Shown here piece after piece: positions 9,882 through 19,472 of a DNA stretch of 64,000 nt. This DNA comes from an uncultured Alphaproteobacteria bacterium (GTDB taxonomy: Bacteria; Pseudomonadota; Alphaproteobacteria; Rhizobiales; Beijerinckiaceae), in the NCBI GenBank assembly GCA_963812775.1, contig CAWEWH010000008.1, positions 60,468 to 124,467 of the forward strand, in the 5' to 3' direction. The notes below the pieces were generated by a model. It was not told the DNA's origin, searched no databases, and was given only the letters and a program-made list of their open reading frames with translations. A program made the position numbers and the translations under genes. Position 1 is the stretch's first letter. The number at the start of each line of letters is the position of its first letter.

Positions 9882-11114
9882 ATGGATTTTGACGACACTC
9901 CCGAGGAAGCCGTGTACCGGGCCAAGGCGCGTGCCTTTCTCGACGCCAACGCCAAGCGCGAGGTCGGCGTCGTGCAGGGCTACCGCGCCGGCCACGACAA
10001 GCCCGACGCGCTGAAGTGCGCCAAGGATTGGCAGGCCAGGAAGGCTGCCGCCGGCTATGCCGGCATCACCTTGCCGAAGGAATGGGGCGGCCAGGCGGGC
10101 ACGGCTATCGAGCAGGTCATCTTCAACCAGGAAGAGGCCAACTACGACGTCCCGCGCGGTTTCTTCACCATCGGCATCGGCATGTGCCTGCCCACCATCG
10201 GCACGTGGGGTACACAGGCCCAGCGCGACAGCCACATCCCCAAAATGCTCACCGCCGAGGAGGTGTGGTGCCAGCTCTTCTCGGAGCCGGCCGGCGGCTC
10301 CGATCTCGCGGCGTTGCGCACGCGTGCCGTTCGCGACGGCGACGAATGGGTCGTCAACGGCTCGAAAATCTGGACCTCCGGCGCCCATTACAGCGACTGG
10401 GGCATCCTCGTGGCGCGCACGGACCCCAACGTTCCGAAGCATGAGGGTCTGACCTTCTTCTTCCTGTCGATGAAGTCTCCAGGCATCGAGATCAGGCCGA
10501 TCAAGCAGATGTCGGGGGCATCGAACTTCAACGAGGTGTTCTTCACCGACGTGCGCATCCCGGACAGCCAGCGGCTCGGGCCCGTGGGCGCCGGCTGGAA
10601 GGTGGCCATCACCACCCTCATGAACGAGCGCACGGTGGCGGGTGGTGCCGGGCCCACGGCTGAAGATCTGCTCGAACTCGCCCGCCACATCGAGCTCGAG
10701 GATGGGCCGGCCATCAAGAACAAGGCGGTGCGCGAGAAGATCGCCGACTGGTATCTCAAGTATCAGGGGCTGAAGTTCACGAAATTCCGCTCCATGACGT
10801 CGCTGTCGCGGGGCGACACGCCAGGTCCCGAGGCCTCGATCGGCAAGCTGGTCAGCGCCCCCATGACGCAGGACATCGCCGCCTATGCGCTTGATCTCTA
10901 CGGCATGTCGGGCTCCATCATGAACGGCGACGACATGCCCATGAGGGACGTGTTCCAGGAGGCGCTGCTCTATTCGCCCGGCATGCGCATCGCCGGCGGC
11001 ACCGACGAGGTGATGCGCAACATCATCGCCGAGCGCGTGCTGAAGCTGCCGCAGGATGCGCGCGTCGACAAAGGCATTCCCTTCAAGGACGTGCCGACGG
11101 GACCGCGCCAGTAG
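9882..11114 (+). CDS. acyl-CoA dehydrogenase family protein (410 aa), copy A of a tandem pair
   Basis: Acyl-CoA dehydrogenase fold; it starts 10 nt after the upstream dehydrogenase stop. Confidence 0.8.
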   Translation: MDFDDTPEEAVYRAKARAFLDANAKREVGVVQGYRAGHDKPDALKCAKDWQARKAAAGYAGITLPKEWGGQAGTAIEQVIFNQEEANYDVPRGFFTIGIGMCLPTIGTWGTQAQRDSHIPKMLTAEEVWCQLFSEPAGGSDLAALRTRAVRDGDEWVVNGSKIWTSGAHYSDWGILVARTDPNVPKHEGLTFFFLSMKSPGIEIRPIKQMSGASNFNEVFFTDVRIPDSQRLGPVGAGWKVAITTLMNERTVAGGAGPTAEDLLELARHIELEDGPAIKNKAVREKIADWYLKYQGLKFTKFRSMTSLSRGDTPGPEASIGKLVSAPMTQDIAAYALDLYGMSGSIMNGDDMPMRDVFQEALLYSPGMRIAGGTDEVMRNIIAERVLKLPQDARVDKGIPFKDVPTGPRQ

Positions 11115-11166
11115 GGGTCTTCACCCTTCCCCCGAGGGGAGTGTGAAGAACAGAGAGGCCAGGAAC

Positions 11167-12399
11167 ATGGACTTCGAAGATACCGCCCAAGAGGCAAAAT
11201 TTCGTGCCGAGGTGCGCGCCTTCCTCGACGCCAACGCCAAGCGCAAGGATGCGTCCGCCGTGACCGGTTATCGCGCCGGCCACGACCGTCCGGAGGCCCT
11301 GACGCGCGCCAAGGAGTGGCAGGCCAAGAAGAGCAAGGCCGGCTATGCCGGCATCACCTTGCCGAAGGAATGGGGTGGCCAGGGCGGCACGCCCATCCAG
11401 CAGGTGATTTTCGACCAGGAAGAGCAGAACTACCAGGTGCCCCGCGGCTTCTTCGACATCGGCATCGGCATGTGCGTGCCAACCATCGGCACCTGGGGCA
11501 CTCAGGCTCAGCGCGACCGGCACATCCCCGCGACCTTGTCGGCCGCCGAGGTGTGGTGCCAGCTCTTCTCGGAACCGGCCGGCGGCTCCGATCTCGCTGC
11601 GCTACGCACCCGCGCCGTCCGCGACGGTGACGAGTGGGTCGTCAACGGCTCGAAAATCTGGACGTCGGGTGCTCACTACAGCGACTGGGGCATTCTCGTC
11701 ACGCGCACCGACCCCAACGTGCCCAAGCACGCCGGCCTCACCTTCTTCTTCCTGTCGATGAAGTCGCCCGGTATCGAGATCAGGCCGATCAAGCAGATGT
11801 CGGGGGCGTCCAACTTCAACGAGGTGTTCTTCACCGACGTGCGCATTCCCGATAGCCAGCGGCTCGGCCCGGTCGGGGCCGGCTGGAAGGTGTCGATCAC
11901 GACGCTCATGAACGAGCGCTTCACTGTCGGCGGCTTCGGGCCTGACGCCTCGGACCTCTTCGAGCTTGCCCGGCACGTGGAACTCGAGGACGGGCCGGCA
12001 ATCAGGAACAAGGCCGTACGCGACAAGATCGCCGACTGGTACCTCAAGCATCAGGGTCTGAAATACACGAAGTTCCGCACCATGACGGCGCTGTCGAAAG
12101 GCGCGACGCCCGGACCGGAGGCGTCGATCGGCAAGCTGGTCTCCGCCCCGGCCATGCAGGACATCGCCGCCTACGCGCTCGATCTCATGGGCATGTCGGG
12201 CGCCTTGATCGAGACCGACGAGATGCCCATGAGCGACGTGTTTCAGCAGGCGGTGCTCTACTCGCCGGCCTTGCGCATCGCCGGCGGCACCGACGAGGTC
12301 ATGCGCAACATCATCGCCGAGCGCGTGCTCAAGCTGCCGCAGGACGCGCGCGTCGACAAAGGCATCCCGTTCAAGGATGTGCCGACCGGCCCGCGGTGA
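11167..12399 (+). CDS. acyl-CoA dehydrogenase family protein (410 aa), copy B, roughly 85% identical to copy A
   Basis: The start at the in-frame ATG at 11167 (MDFEDTAQEAKF...) is inferred from its collinear paralogy with copy A. Confidence 0.8.
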   Translation: MDFEDTAQEAKFRAEVRAFLDANAKRKDASAVTGYRAGHDRPEALTRAKEWQAKKSKAGYAGITLPKEWGGQGGTPIQQVIFDQEEQNYQVPRGFFDIGIGMCVPTIGTWGTQAQRDRHIPATLSAAEVWCQLFSEPAGGSDLAALRTRAVRDGDEWVVNGSKIWTSGAHYSDWGILVTRTDPNVPKHAGLTFFFLSMKSPGIEIRPIKQMSGASNFNEVFFTDVRIPDSQRLGPVGAGWKVSITTLMNERFTVGGFGPDASDLFELARHVELEDGPAIRNKAVRDKIADWYLKHQGLKYTKFRTMTALSKGATPGPEASIGKLVSAPAMQDIAAYALDLMGMSGALIETDEMPMSDVFQQAVLYSPALRIAGGTDEVMRNIIAERVLKLPQDARVDKGIPFKDVPTGPR

Positions 12400-12430
12400 C
12401 CCGCGCCCGTTTTCTGTTCAGCGAGGCAAC

Positions 12431-13480
12431 ATGACAACTCACATCTACGGCCGCCTGACTTCGGACATCGCCGGCGCCGCGCGCGAGGCAAAGGAGTTCG
12501 AGGAGCTGGGATTCGACGGCGTGGCCAGCGCCGAGACGGCGCACGATCCCTTCTTTCCGCTCCTCATCGCTGCCGAGCATACCAAGCGACTCCGCTTGGA
12601 GACGGGCGTGGCCATCGCGTTTGCGCGCACGCCCATGACCATGGCGAACTTGGCGCATGATCTGAACGCCTTCTCGAAGGGCCGCTTCACGCTCGGCATC
12701 GGCTCGCAGATCAAGACCCATATCGAGCGGCGCTTCGGCATGCCGTGGTCGCATCCGGCGCGGCGCATGCGCGAGTTCATCGAGGCCACGAAGGCCATCT
12801 TCGCCACCTGGTACAAGGGCGAGAAGCTCGAGTTCAAGGGCGAGTTCTACAGTCATACGTTGATGACGCCCTTTTTTGCGCCGACCGACACCGAGCACGG
12901 ACCGCCACCGATCTCGCTCGCCGCCGTCGGGCCGCTGATGACGCAGGCGGCAGGCGCAGTGGCCGATATGCTGTCGGTCCATGGCTTCACCACCGAAGCC
13001 TATCTGCGCAATACGACGCTGCCGCATGTGCGCACCGGCGAGGACAGCACCGGGCGTCCGGCCGGCAGCTGCCGGCTTCATCTCGGCCCCTTCATCGTGA
13101 CCGGCACGAACGAGAAGGGCTTCAAGGAGGCGCGCCGCGTCGCGGCCGATCGCATCGCCTTCTATGCCTCGACACCGGCCTATCGCGGCGTCCTCGAGGC
13201 GCATGGTTGGGGCGACCTGCAGCCGCTCTTGCAGGGCATGACGCGGCAGGGCCGTTGGGCGGAGATGGGCGCGCAGATCACCGATGAGATGGTGAAAACC
13301 TTCGCCGTGGTGGGCGAGGTTCGTGACATCGGGCCGGAGATCTGGAAGCGCTACGGCGACATCGTCGCCGATTTCGGCCTGTCGAGCACGACGGTCGACC
13401 GCGCCACCCTGGCTGAGATCGGCGCCGATTTGCGGGCGCTGGCGGCGGGCGCGGCGCCGAAGCAGAAGGCCGCAGGCTAA
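12431..13480 (+). CDS. luciferase-like (LLM) flavin/F420-dependent oxidoreductase
   Basis: MTTHIYGRLTSDIAGAAREAKEFEELGFDGVASAETAHDPFFPL... shows the LLM TIM-barrel signature. Confidence 0.75.
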   Translation: MTTHIYGRLTSDIAGAAREAKEFEELGFDGVASAETAHDPFFPLLIAAEHTKRLRLETGVAIAFARTPMTMANLAHDLNAFSKGRFTLGIGSQIKTHIERRFGMPWSHPARRMREFIEATKAIFATWYKGEKLEFKGEFYSHTLMTPFFAPTDTEHGPPPISLAAVGPLMTQAAGAVADMLSVHGFTTEAYLRNTTLPHVRTGEDSTGRPAGSCRLHLGPFIVTGTNEKGFKEARRVAADRIAFYASTPAYRGVLEAHGWGDLQPLLQGMTRQGRWAEMGAQITDEMVKTFAVVGEVRDIGPEIWKRYGDIVADFGLSSTTVDRATLAEIGADLRALAAGAAPKQKAAG

Positions 13481-13553
13481 CGAAGACGGCTGTCATCCCG
13501 GCGCGCGAGGAACGCCCCTCGCTTGCGGGAGCCAGTCGCACTGCAGCGGAACC

Positions 13554-13582
13554 ATATCCCTCCCCCTTGCAGGGAGGGTGAT
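13554..13582. repeat. G/C-rich palindromic repeat (REP-like) ATCCCTCCCCCTTGCAGGGAGGGTGAT
   Basis: A perfect CCCTCCC/GGGAGGG dyad in a convergent intergenic region. The same core recurs at 11119-11148 and 40960-41200. Confidence 0.6.
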
Positions 13583-13586
13583 GCGC

Positions 13587-14075
13587 TCACTCCTCCTTGT
13601 ATCCGTATTCCGGCGTGTCCTTGTCGTTGCCGTAATATTTGTACGGCAGGAATTTGCCGTGCATGGTGATCTTGACGCGGTCGCCCTTGGGATTGGGCAG
13701 ACGCTCCATCTGCATGTCGAAATCGATGGCCGACATGATGCCGTCGCCGAACTCTTCCTGGATCAATTCCTTCCAGGTGGTGCCGTAGACCTGCACGAGC
13801 TCGTAGAAGCGATAGATCAGCGGATCGGTCGGCGGGCCGGGCGGCAGTGATCCGCGATAGGGCGCCTCGTTGAGCAGCGCCTCCTCGCTCTTGCTCAGCC
13901 CGAACAGTTTTGCGGCGCGCTTGGCCTGCGGCTTGGTCAGCTTCATCTGCCCAAGACATGCGGCGCTGATCAGGATCGGCGAATAGCCGCCGATCTGCTT
14001 GGCGATCTCGGCCCAGGTCAGGCCCTTCTCCCGCTTGATGTCGAGAATCTTCTCGGTGAGGTCTGTCCGCTGCAT
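13587..14075 (-). CDS. cynS: cyanate hydratase (cyanase)
   Basis: 162 aa with an N-terminal HTH (LTWAEIAKQIGGYSP) and a C-terminal cyanate-lyase domain; it closely resembles CynS. Confidence 0.85.
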   Translation of the reverse strand: MQRTDLTEKILDIKREKGLTWAEIAKQIGGYSPILISAACLGQMKLTKPQAKRAAKLFGLSKSEEALLNEAPYRGSLPPGPPTDPLIYRFYELVQVYGTTWKELIQEEFGDGIMSAIDFDMQMERLPNPKGDRVKITMHGKFLPYKYYGNDKDTPEYGYKEE

Positions 14076-14117
14076 GGATGCTCTCTCCTTGCGTCTTGGC
14101 GTTGACGGATTGGTTCA

Positions 14118-15032
14118 TCAGGACGCGGCGAGCTTCAGCCGCGGCATCTCGGCCTCCGCGGCCTTGCCCAAAACCTGGAGCCCCGCCTGTCCCGGCCGGA
14201 CGGCCGGCGGATGCCGGCGATCGAATCCCGGCGGCGGCGCGTCGCGGAATGTGCGGCTGCGCGTGACCAGGAAATCGATGAGGTGGTTGCGGATGGCGTA
14301 GTAGTCCGGGTGGTGGTGGAAATCGTCGCGCCGCCGGTCCGCCGGCAGCGGATTGACCACCATCTCGGCGATCATGGCGCCGGGCCCGTTGGTCATCAGG
14401 AGGATGCGGTCGGCGAGGAATATCGCCTCGTCAACGTCGTGGGTGATCATGAACACTGTCTGGCCTGTGTCGCGGCAGATGCGCCGCGCTTCTTCCTGCA
14501 GCGTGCCGCGGGTGAGCGCATCAAGCGCCGAGAACGGCTCGTCCATGAGCAGGATTTTCGGCTCGATGGACAGCGCCCGGGCGATGCCGACGCGCTGCTT
14601 CATGCCGCCCGAGAGCGCGGCCGGGTGCTTTGCCTCGGAGCCGGAGAGACCAACCTTGGCGATGGCGGCCTGGGCACGCCGATGCACCTCGTCGCGCTTG
14701 GCCTTGCGCCAGCGCGACGACACCGCGTAGGCGACGTTGCCGAGCACCGTGCGCCACGGCAACAGCGCGTGGCCCTGGAAGATGACGGCGCGGTCGAGGC
14801 TCGGCCCCTCGATGGCCTGGCCGTCGACCACGACGACGCCCTCGCTCGGCGCGTCGAGGCCGGCCAGGATGTTGAGCACCGTCGTCTTGCCGCAGCCGGA
14901 ATGGCCGATGACGCACACGAACTCGCCGCGCGCCATCGAGAACCAAAGATCCTCGAACACGGCCACCGGCTGGCCACCCGGCGACGGAAAGCGCTTGGCG
15001 ATGCCCTCGATGGAGATGAACTTGGTGCTCAT
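14118..15032 (-). CDS. ABC transporter ATP-binding protein (nitrate/sulfonate/cyanate NrtD/CynD type)
   Basis: Walker [10 protein letters not shown], signature LSGGMKQRV, Walker [12 protein letters not shown]. Confidence 0.85.
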   Translation of the reverse strand: MSTKFISIEGIAKRFPSPGGQPVAVFEDLWFSMARGEFVCVIGHSGCGKTTVLNILAGLDAPSEGVVVVDGQAIEGPSLDRAVIFQGHALLPWRTVLGNVAYAVSSRWRKAKRDEVHRRAQAAIAKVGLSGSEAKHPAALSGGMKQRVGIARALSIEPKILLMDEPFSALDALTRGTLQEEARRICRDTGQTVFMITHDVDEAIFLADRILLMTNGPGAMIAEMVVNPLPADRRRDDFHHHPDYYAIRNHLIDFLVTRSRTFRDAPPPGFDRRHPPAVRPGQAGLQVLGKAAEAEMPRLKLAAS

Positions 15033-15041
15033 TGCCGCGGC

Positions 15042-15881
15042 CTATTCCGGATAGGTCACGAGGCGGGCGAAGCGCGCCAGCGCCTGGTCGAGCAACATGC
15101 CGACAAGGCCGATCACCAGGATCGAGGTGATGACGTTGGTGATCGAGAGGTTGTTCCACTCGTTCCATACGAAGTAGCCGATGCCGGTGCCGCCAACCAG
15201 CATCTCGGCTGCCACGATGACCAGCCAGGCGATGCCGATGGAGATGCGCATGCCGGTGACGATGGTCGGCGCCGCGGCCGGCAGGATGACCGTGAAGGCG
15301 CGCCTGATCGGCCCGACCTCCAGCGTGCGCGCCACGTTGAGCCACTCGCGCCGCACGCTTGCCACCCCGAAGGCCGTGTTGATGAGCATCGGCCACAACG
15401 AGCAAATGAAGATGACGAAGATCGACGAGATGCTGGAATCCTTGATGGTGTAGAGCGCCAGCGGCATCCAGGCGAGAGGCGACACCGGCTTCATCACCTG
15501 GATGAACGGATCGAGCGCCCGGCTCATCAGCGGCGACATGCCGATGAGGAAGCCGATGGGGATCGCCACCAGGACGGCGATGAGGTAGCCGATGGCAACG
15601 CGGCCGACCGAATAGGCAAGTTGAATGCCGATGCCCTTGTCGTTGGCGCCTTTGACGTAGAACGGGTCCTTGACGTGGCCCCAGATGGTGGCCGCCACGT
15701 CGACGGGCCCGGGCATTGCCGACTTGCCCTGCGTGGCGGTGGCGCCCATGAGCTTGGCGTATTCCGGGTCGACCTTCATGGCGGTGCCGCCGCCCGAGAC
15801 GCCGATCTGCCAGGCGGTCAGAAACACCACGAGCAACATGAGCGAGACGAGGCTCGCCCGGAAGGCCAGCGATCGCGCCAT
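15042..15881 (-). CDS. ABC transporter permease (NrtB/CynB type)
   Basis: 279 aa from MARSLAFRAS...; it ends in a binding-protein-dependent inner-membrane component motif. Confidence 0.8.
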   Translation of the reverse strand: MARSLAFRASLVSLMLLVVFLTAWQIGVSGGGTAMKVDPEYAKLMGATATQGKSAMPGPVDVAATIWGHVKDPFYVKGANDKGIGIQLAYSVGRVAIGYLIAVLVAIPIGFLIGMSPLMSRALDPFIQVMKPVSPLAWMPLALYTIKDSSISSIFVIFICSLWPMLINTAFGVASVRREWLNVARTLEVGPIRRAFTVILPAAAPTIVTGMRISIGIAWLVIVAAEMLVGGTGIGYFVWNEWNNLSITNVITSILVIGLVGMLLDQALARFARLVTYPE

Positions 15882-15883
15882 GG

Positions 15884-17095
15884 TCAGACCCGCTTGATCG
15901 CGAAGCTCTTGAGATATTCGTCGGGCTTCGAGGGATCGAAGGGCTTGCCCATCACCGAGAAGGATTTCGACGTGGTGGTGGGCGGCGTCAGTCCCGCCTC
16001 CTTCATGAGCTTGGCCGCATCGGTGGCGAGGAACACCTGCTGGGCCACCGCCTTGTAGTCCACGTCGCCCTTGATCTGGCCCCAGCGCTTCATCTGAGTG
16101 AGGATCCAGATGGCGAACAACTCCCACGGGAAGGGATCGAAGTCGATGCGGTTGGGGTCCTTGCGGATGTTGCCGAGCCCGTCCGCGAAGGTGCCGGTGA
16201 GCACCTGCTCGACCACGGTGGGCGGCTGGTTGAGATAGTTGGCCGGCGCGATCGCCTCGGCGATCTGCTTGCGGTTCTCCTGCTTGGTTGCAAAGGCGGT
16301 GGCTTCGATGATCGACTTCAGGAGCGCCGCGTAGGTGTTGGGCATCTGAGTGACGAACTCCCGCGATGCCGCAAAGGCGCAGCACGGGTGCCCGTCCCAG
16401 ATCTCCTTCGACAACGTGTGGATGAAGCCGACGCCGTCATAGACGGCGCGCTGGTTGACCGGGTCGGGCGCCAGGAAGCCGTCGATATTGTCGGCCCTGA
16501 GATTGGCCACCATCTCGGGCGGCGGCACGGCACGGATCTGCACGTCGGTATCCGGATCGATGCCGTGCTCGGCGAGGTAGTAGCGCAAGAGATAGTTGTG
16601 CATCGAGTAGTCGAACGGCACCGCGAACTTGAATCCCTTCCAGCCCTTGGGGTCGCGCTTGTCCTTGTGCCGGATGGCGAGCGTGATGGCCTGGCCGTTG
16701 ATGTTCTCGACCGCCGGCATGGTGTACGGAATGGCGTTGGAACCGACGCCCAGCGAGATGGCGAGCGGCATCGGCGACAGCATGTGGGCGGCGTCGTATT
16801 CCTTGTTCAGCGTCTTGTCGCGGATCACCGCCCATCCCGCCGTCTTCACCACTTCGACGTTGAGACCCTGCTTGGAGTAGAAGCCCATGGGGGCCGCCAT
16901 GATGATCGGTGTCGCGCAGGTGATGGGGATGAAGCCGACCTTGAGGTCCTTCTTCTCGAGTGCGGCACCCTGCGCGAAGGCGTCGGTCACGCCGCGCAGC
17001 GGCAGGAACTGCGATATGGCGGCGAGCGCCGTCGATGCGCCGACCGTCTTCAGCAAAGCGCGCCGTGTTGCATCCTGCGGGAAGAGGGCGCGCAT
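15884..17095 (-). CDS. ABC transporter substrate-binding protein (NrtA/CynA-like) with a Tat signal
   Basis: The start MRALFPQDATRRALLKTVGASTALAAISQFLP has a twin-arginine motif. It is NrtA/SsuA-like. The listed ORF extends upstream, but that extension is probably spurious. Confidence 0.75.
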   Translation of the reverse strand: MRALFPQDATRRALLKTVGASTALAAISQFLPLRGVTDAFAQGAALEKKDLKVGFIPITCATPIIMAAPMGFYSKQGLNVEVVKTAGWAVIRDKTLNKEYDAAHMLSPMPLAISLGVGSNAIPYTMPAVENINGQAITLAIRHKDKRDPKGWKGFKFAVPFDYSMHNYLLRYYLAEHGIDPDTDVQIRAVPPPEMVANLRADNIDGFLAPDPVNQRAVYDGVGFIHTLSKEIWDGHPCCAFAASREFVTQMPNTYAALLKSIIEATAFATKQENRKQIAEAIAPANYLNQPPTVVEQVLTGTFADGLGNIRKDPNRIDFDPFPWELFAIWILTQMKRWGQIKGDVDYKAVAQQVFLATDAAKLMKEAGLTPPTTTSKSFSVMGKPFDPSKPDEYLKSFAIKRV

Positions 17096-17504
17096 GACCG
17101 CGCCGTTGACCACGCCCTCAAATCGCCGGTCCTCGCTCGCAACCGCCTCGGCCACGAACTTTGCTCGCGCCTCGCCGTCGTGTTCGGCCTGCGAGCCATG
17201 CAGGCCGCACGGACAGGAGCGGCCGAGCGGCCGGCCCGCGGCAAATGCGTCGTCGAACGTGGACATGGACAGCTTCCCCTATGTTTGTTGAGGCGAGGGG
17301 GAGCAACGGCTGTGCCAATGTGTGCACGACGCGATCATTGCGGCCGGCTGCCAAAGGACTGAGCAGCCAGAACGGCTTAGCCGCACCGGCGGCGCGGACG
17401 GCGCCTAAAACTCAAGCACCTTTGGGTAAATTGTATGCAAGATTCGGTTCCGCAAGCCGCCTTTGAGGGGGAGCGAATGGCGGCCCGAAAACTCGCGAAC
17501 CGCC

Positions 17505-17891
17505 TTAGATTTTCTTCCCGTCCGGCCCGAACTGCTTCAGGAAGGCGATCACGTCCTCGATCTCCTTCTCGTCCTTGAGGCCCGGGAACACCATCTTGGT
17601 GCCCGGCATCTTGGCGCGAGGATCCTTGATGTAGTCGCGGAACGTCGCCTCGCTCCAGGTGATGTCGGAATTCTTGTTGGCCTGCGAATAGGCGAAGCCG
17701 GGGATGGTGCCGGCCTTGCGGCCGAACAAGCCGTTGAGCGGCGGCCCCGCGAAGGCCTTCGCGTTCTCGCCGACCTGATGGCACGGGCGGCATTTGGCGT
17801 AGGCCTTCTCGCCGGCCGCCGCGTCCTGGGAGGTGGCCGTTTGCGGCCATGCCGCGAGGGCAAGCAACAAAGCCCCGGTCAAGCAACGCAT
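17505..17891 (-). CDS. cytochrome c (class I, c2/c550-like)
   Basis: Only the last 128 codons of the 454-aa ORF are coding: MRCLTGALLLALAAWPQTA (signal peptide) ... CRPCHQV heme-binding motif. An AGGAGA Shine-Dalgarno sits 6 nt upstream. Confidence 0.8.
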   Translation of the reverse strand: MRCLTGALLLALAAWPQTATSQDAAAGEKAYAKCRPCHQVGENAKAFAGPPLNGLFGRKAGTIPGFAYSQANKNSDITWSEATFRDYIKDPRAKMPGTKMVFPGLKDEKEIEDVIAFLKQFGPDGKKI

Positions 17892-18032
17892 CGCAATTCT
17901 CCTCATGAACCCAGCCGGGCTGCCCATGCCACGGGCAGCGCCGGGCTGCAACTGCCCGCCAGATGCGCCGATGGCCTCATTGGGGTAAGGTCTGGGCGAG
18001 GTCGCGGACCTCGCCAGCACTGAGACAACCCG

Positions 18033-19472
18033 ATGACGGCTCTTGCCTTTCCGCCCCCGAAGGCGGCGACCCTCGAGCGGCGCGCCGAGATCGTGGCGGC
18101 ACTTGCCGCTCTCGTGCCGCCCGAGGCCCTGATCGTCAGCGAGGATGAGCGCCGCGCCTTCGAGACCGATGGCTTCACCGCCTACCGGCGCATGCCGCTT
18201 GCCGTCGTGCTGCCCTCGACGACGGCCGAGGTCGCGGCGATCCTCAGATATTGCCACGCCAACGGTGTCGTCGTCGTGCCACGCGGCGCCGGCACTTCGC
18301 TGTCCGGCGGCGCCATTCCGCAGGAAGACGCCATCGTGATCGGCATCGCCAAGATGAACCGCGTGCTTGCCGTCGACTTCGCCAATCGGACGGCCCGCGT
18401 CGAGGCGGGCATCACCAATCTCGCCATCTCGGGCGCCGTCGCACATGCGGGCTTCTTCTACGCGCCAGATCCCTCGAGCCAGCTCGCCTGCACCATCGCC
18501 GGCAACGTGGCGATGAATTCCGGCGGCGCCCATTGCCTGAAATACGGCGTCACCACCAACAACCTCCTCGGCGTCACCATGGTGCTGGTCGACGGCACCG
18601 TGGTCGAGATCGGCAGCGAGGCCCTCGACAGCCCCGGCTACGATCTCCTCGGGCTGATCACCGGCTCGGAAGGCCAGCTCGGCATCGTCACCGAGGCCAC
18701 GGTGCGCATTCTGCGCCAGGCCGAGGGCGCCCGCCCTGTGCTGCTCGGCTTCGACGACAGCGCCACGGCCGGCGCCTGCGTGGCCGCCATCATCGCGGCC
18801 GGCATCATTCCTGTCGCCATCGAGTTCATGGATCGTCCGGCCATCAAGATCTGCGAGGATTTCGCCCATGCGGGCTATCCGCTCGATGTGGACGCCATGC
18901 TGATCGTCGAGGTGGAAGGCTCGCCGGCCGAGATCGACGACATGCTGTCCCGTATCGTCGCCATCGCGGCGCCGTTCAAGCCGAAGACCGTGAAGGTGTC
19001 CCAGTCAGAAGCCGAGAGCGCCGCCATCTGGAAGGGCCGCAAGTCAGCCTTCGGCGCCATGGGACGCATCTCCGACTATCTGTGCATGGACGGCGTCATC
19101 CCCACCGGCCAGTTGCCGCTGGCGCTGACGCGCATCGCCGACATCTGCGCCCGTCACGGCCTCGGAGTCGCCAACATCTTCCACGCCGGCGACGGTAATC
19201 TGCACCCGCTCATCACCTATGATGTGAACAAGCCGGGCGAGCTTGAGAAAGCCGAGGCGGCGGGCGCCGAGATCCTGAAGCTCTGTGTCGAACTGGGCGG
19301 CTGCCTCACCGGCGAGCACGGCGTCGGCATCGAGAAGCGCGACCTCATGCGCCATCAATTCGGCGAAGCCGATCTTGGCCAGCAGATGCGCGTGCGCGGC
19401 GTCTTCGATCCGCAATGGCTGCTCAATCCCGCAAAAGTGTTTCCCCTCGATGGCCGGACGCCGGCGCGGTGA
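18033..19472 (+). CDS. glcD: glycolate oxidase FAD-linked subunit
   Basis: FAD-binding PCMH domain; 479 aa; first gene of glcDEF. Confidence 0.85.
   Translation: MTALAFPPPKAATLERRAEIVAALAALVPPEALIVSEDERRAFETDGFTAYRRMPLAVVLPSTTAEVAAILRYCHANGVVVVPRGAGTSLSGGAIPQEDAIVIGIAKMNRVLAVDFANRTARVEAGITNLAISGAVAHAGFFYAPDPSSQLACTIAGNVAMNSGGAHCLKYGVTTNNLLGVTMVLVDGTVVEIGSEALDSPGYDLLGLITGSEGQLGIVTEATVRILRQAEGARPVLLGFDDSATAGACVAAIIAAGIIPVAIEFMDRPAIKICEDFAHAGYPLDVDAMLIVEVEGSPAEIDDMLSRIVAIAAPFKPKTVKVSQSEAESAAIWKGRKSAFGAMGRISDYLCMDGVIPTGQLPLALTRIADICARHGLGVANIFHAGDGNLHPLITYDVNKPGELEKAEAAGAEILKLCVELGGCLTGEHGVGIEKRDLMRHQFGEADLGQQMRVRGVFDPQWLLNPAKVFPLDGRTPAR

Noticed and set aside
14211-16058. 615-aa plus-strand ORF
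   Set aside because: It is antisense to the cyn ABC ATPase and permease genes. Its composition is His/Arg/Asp/Gly-rich with no family resemblance.
17892-18869. 5' two-thirds of the 454-aa ORF that contains the cytochrome c
   Set aside because: Only the 3' 128 codons encode a signal peptide plus a CxxCH cytochrome. The upstream part is antisense to glcD and has no Shine-Dalgarno-supported start.
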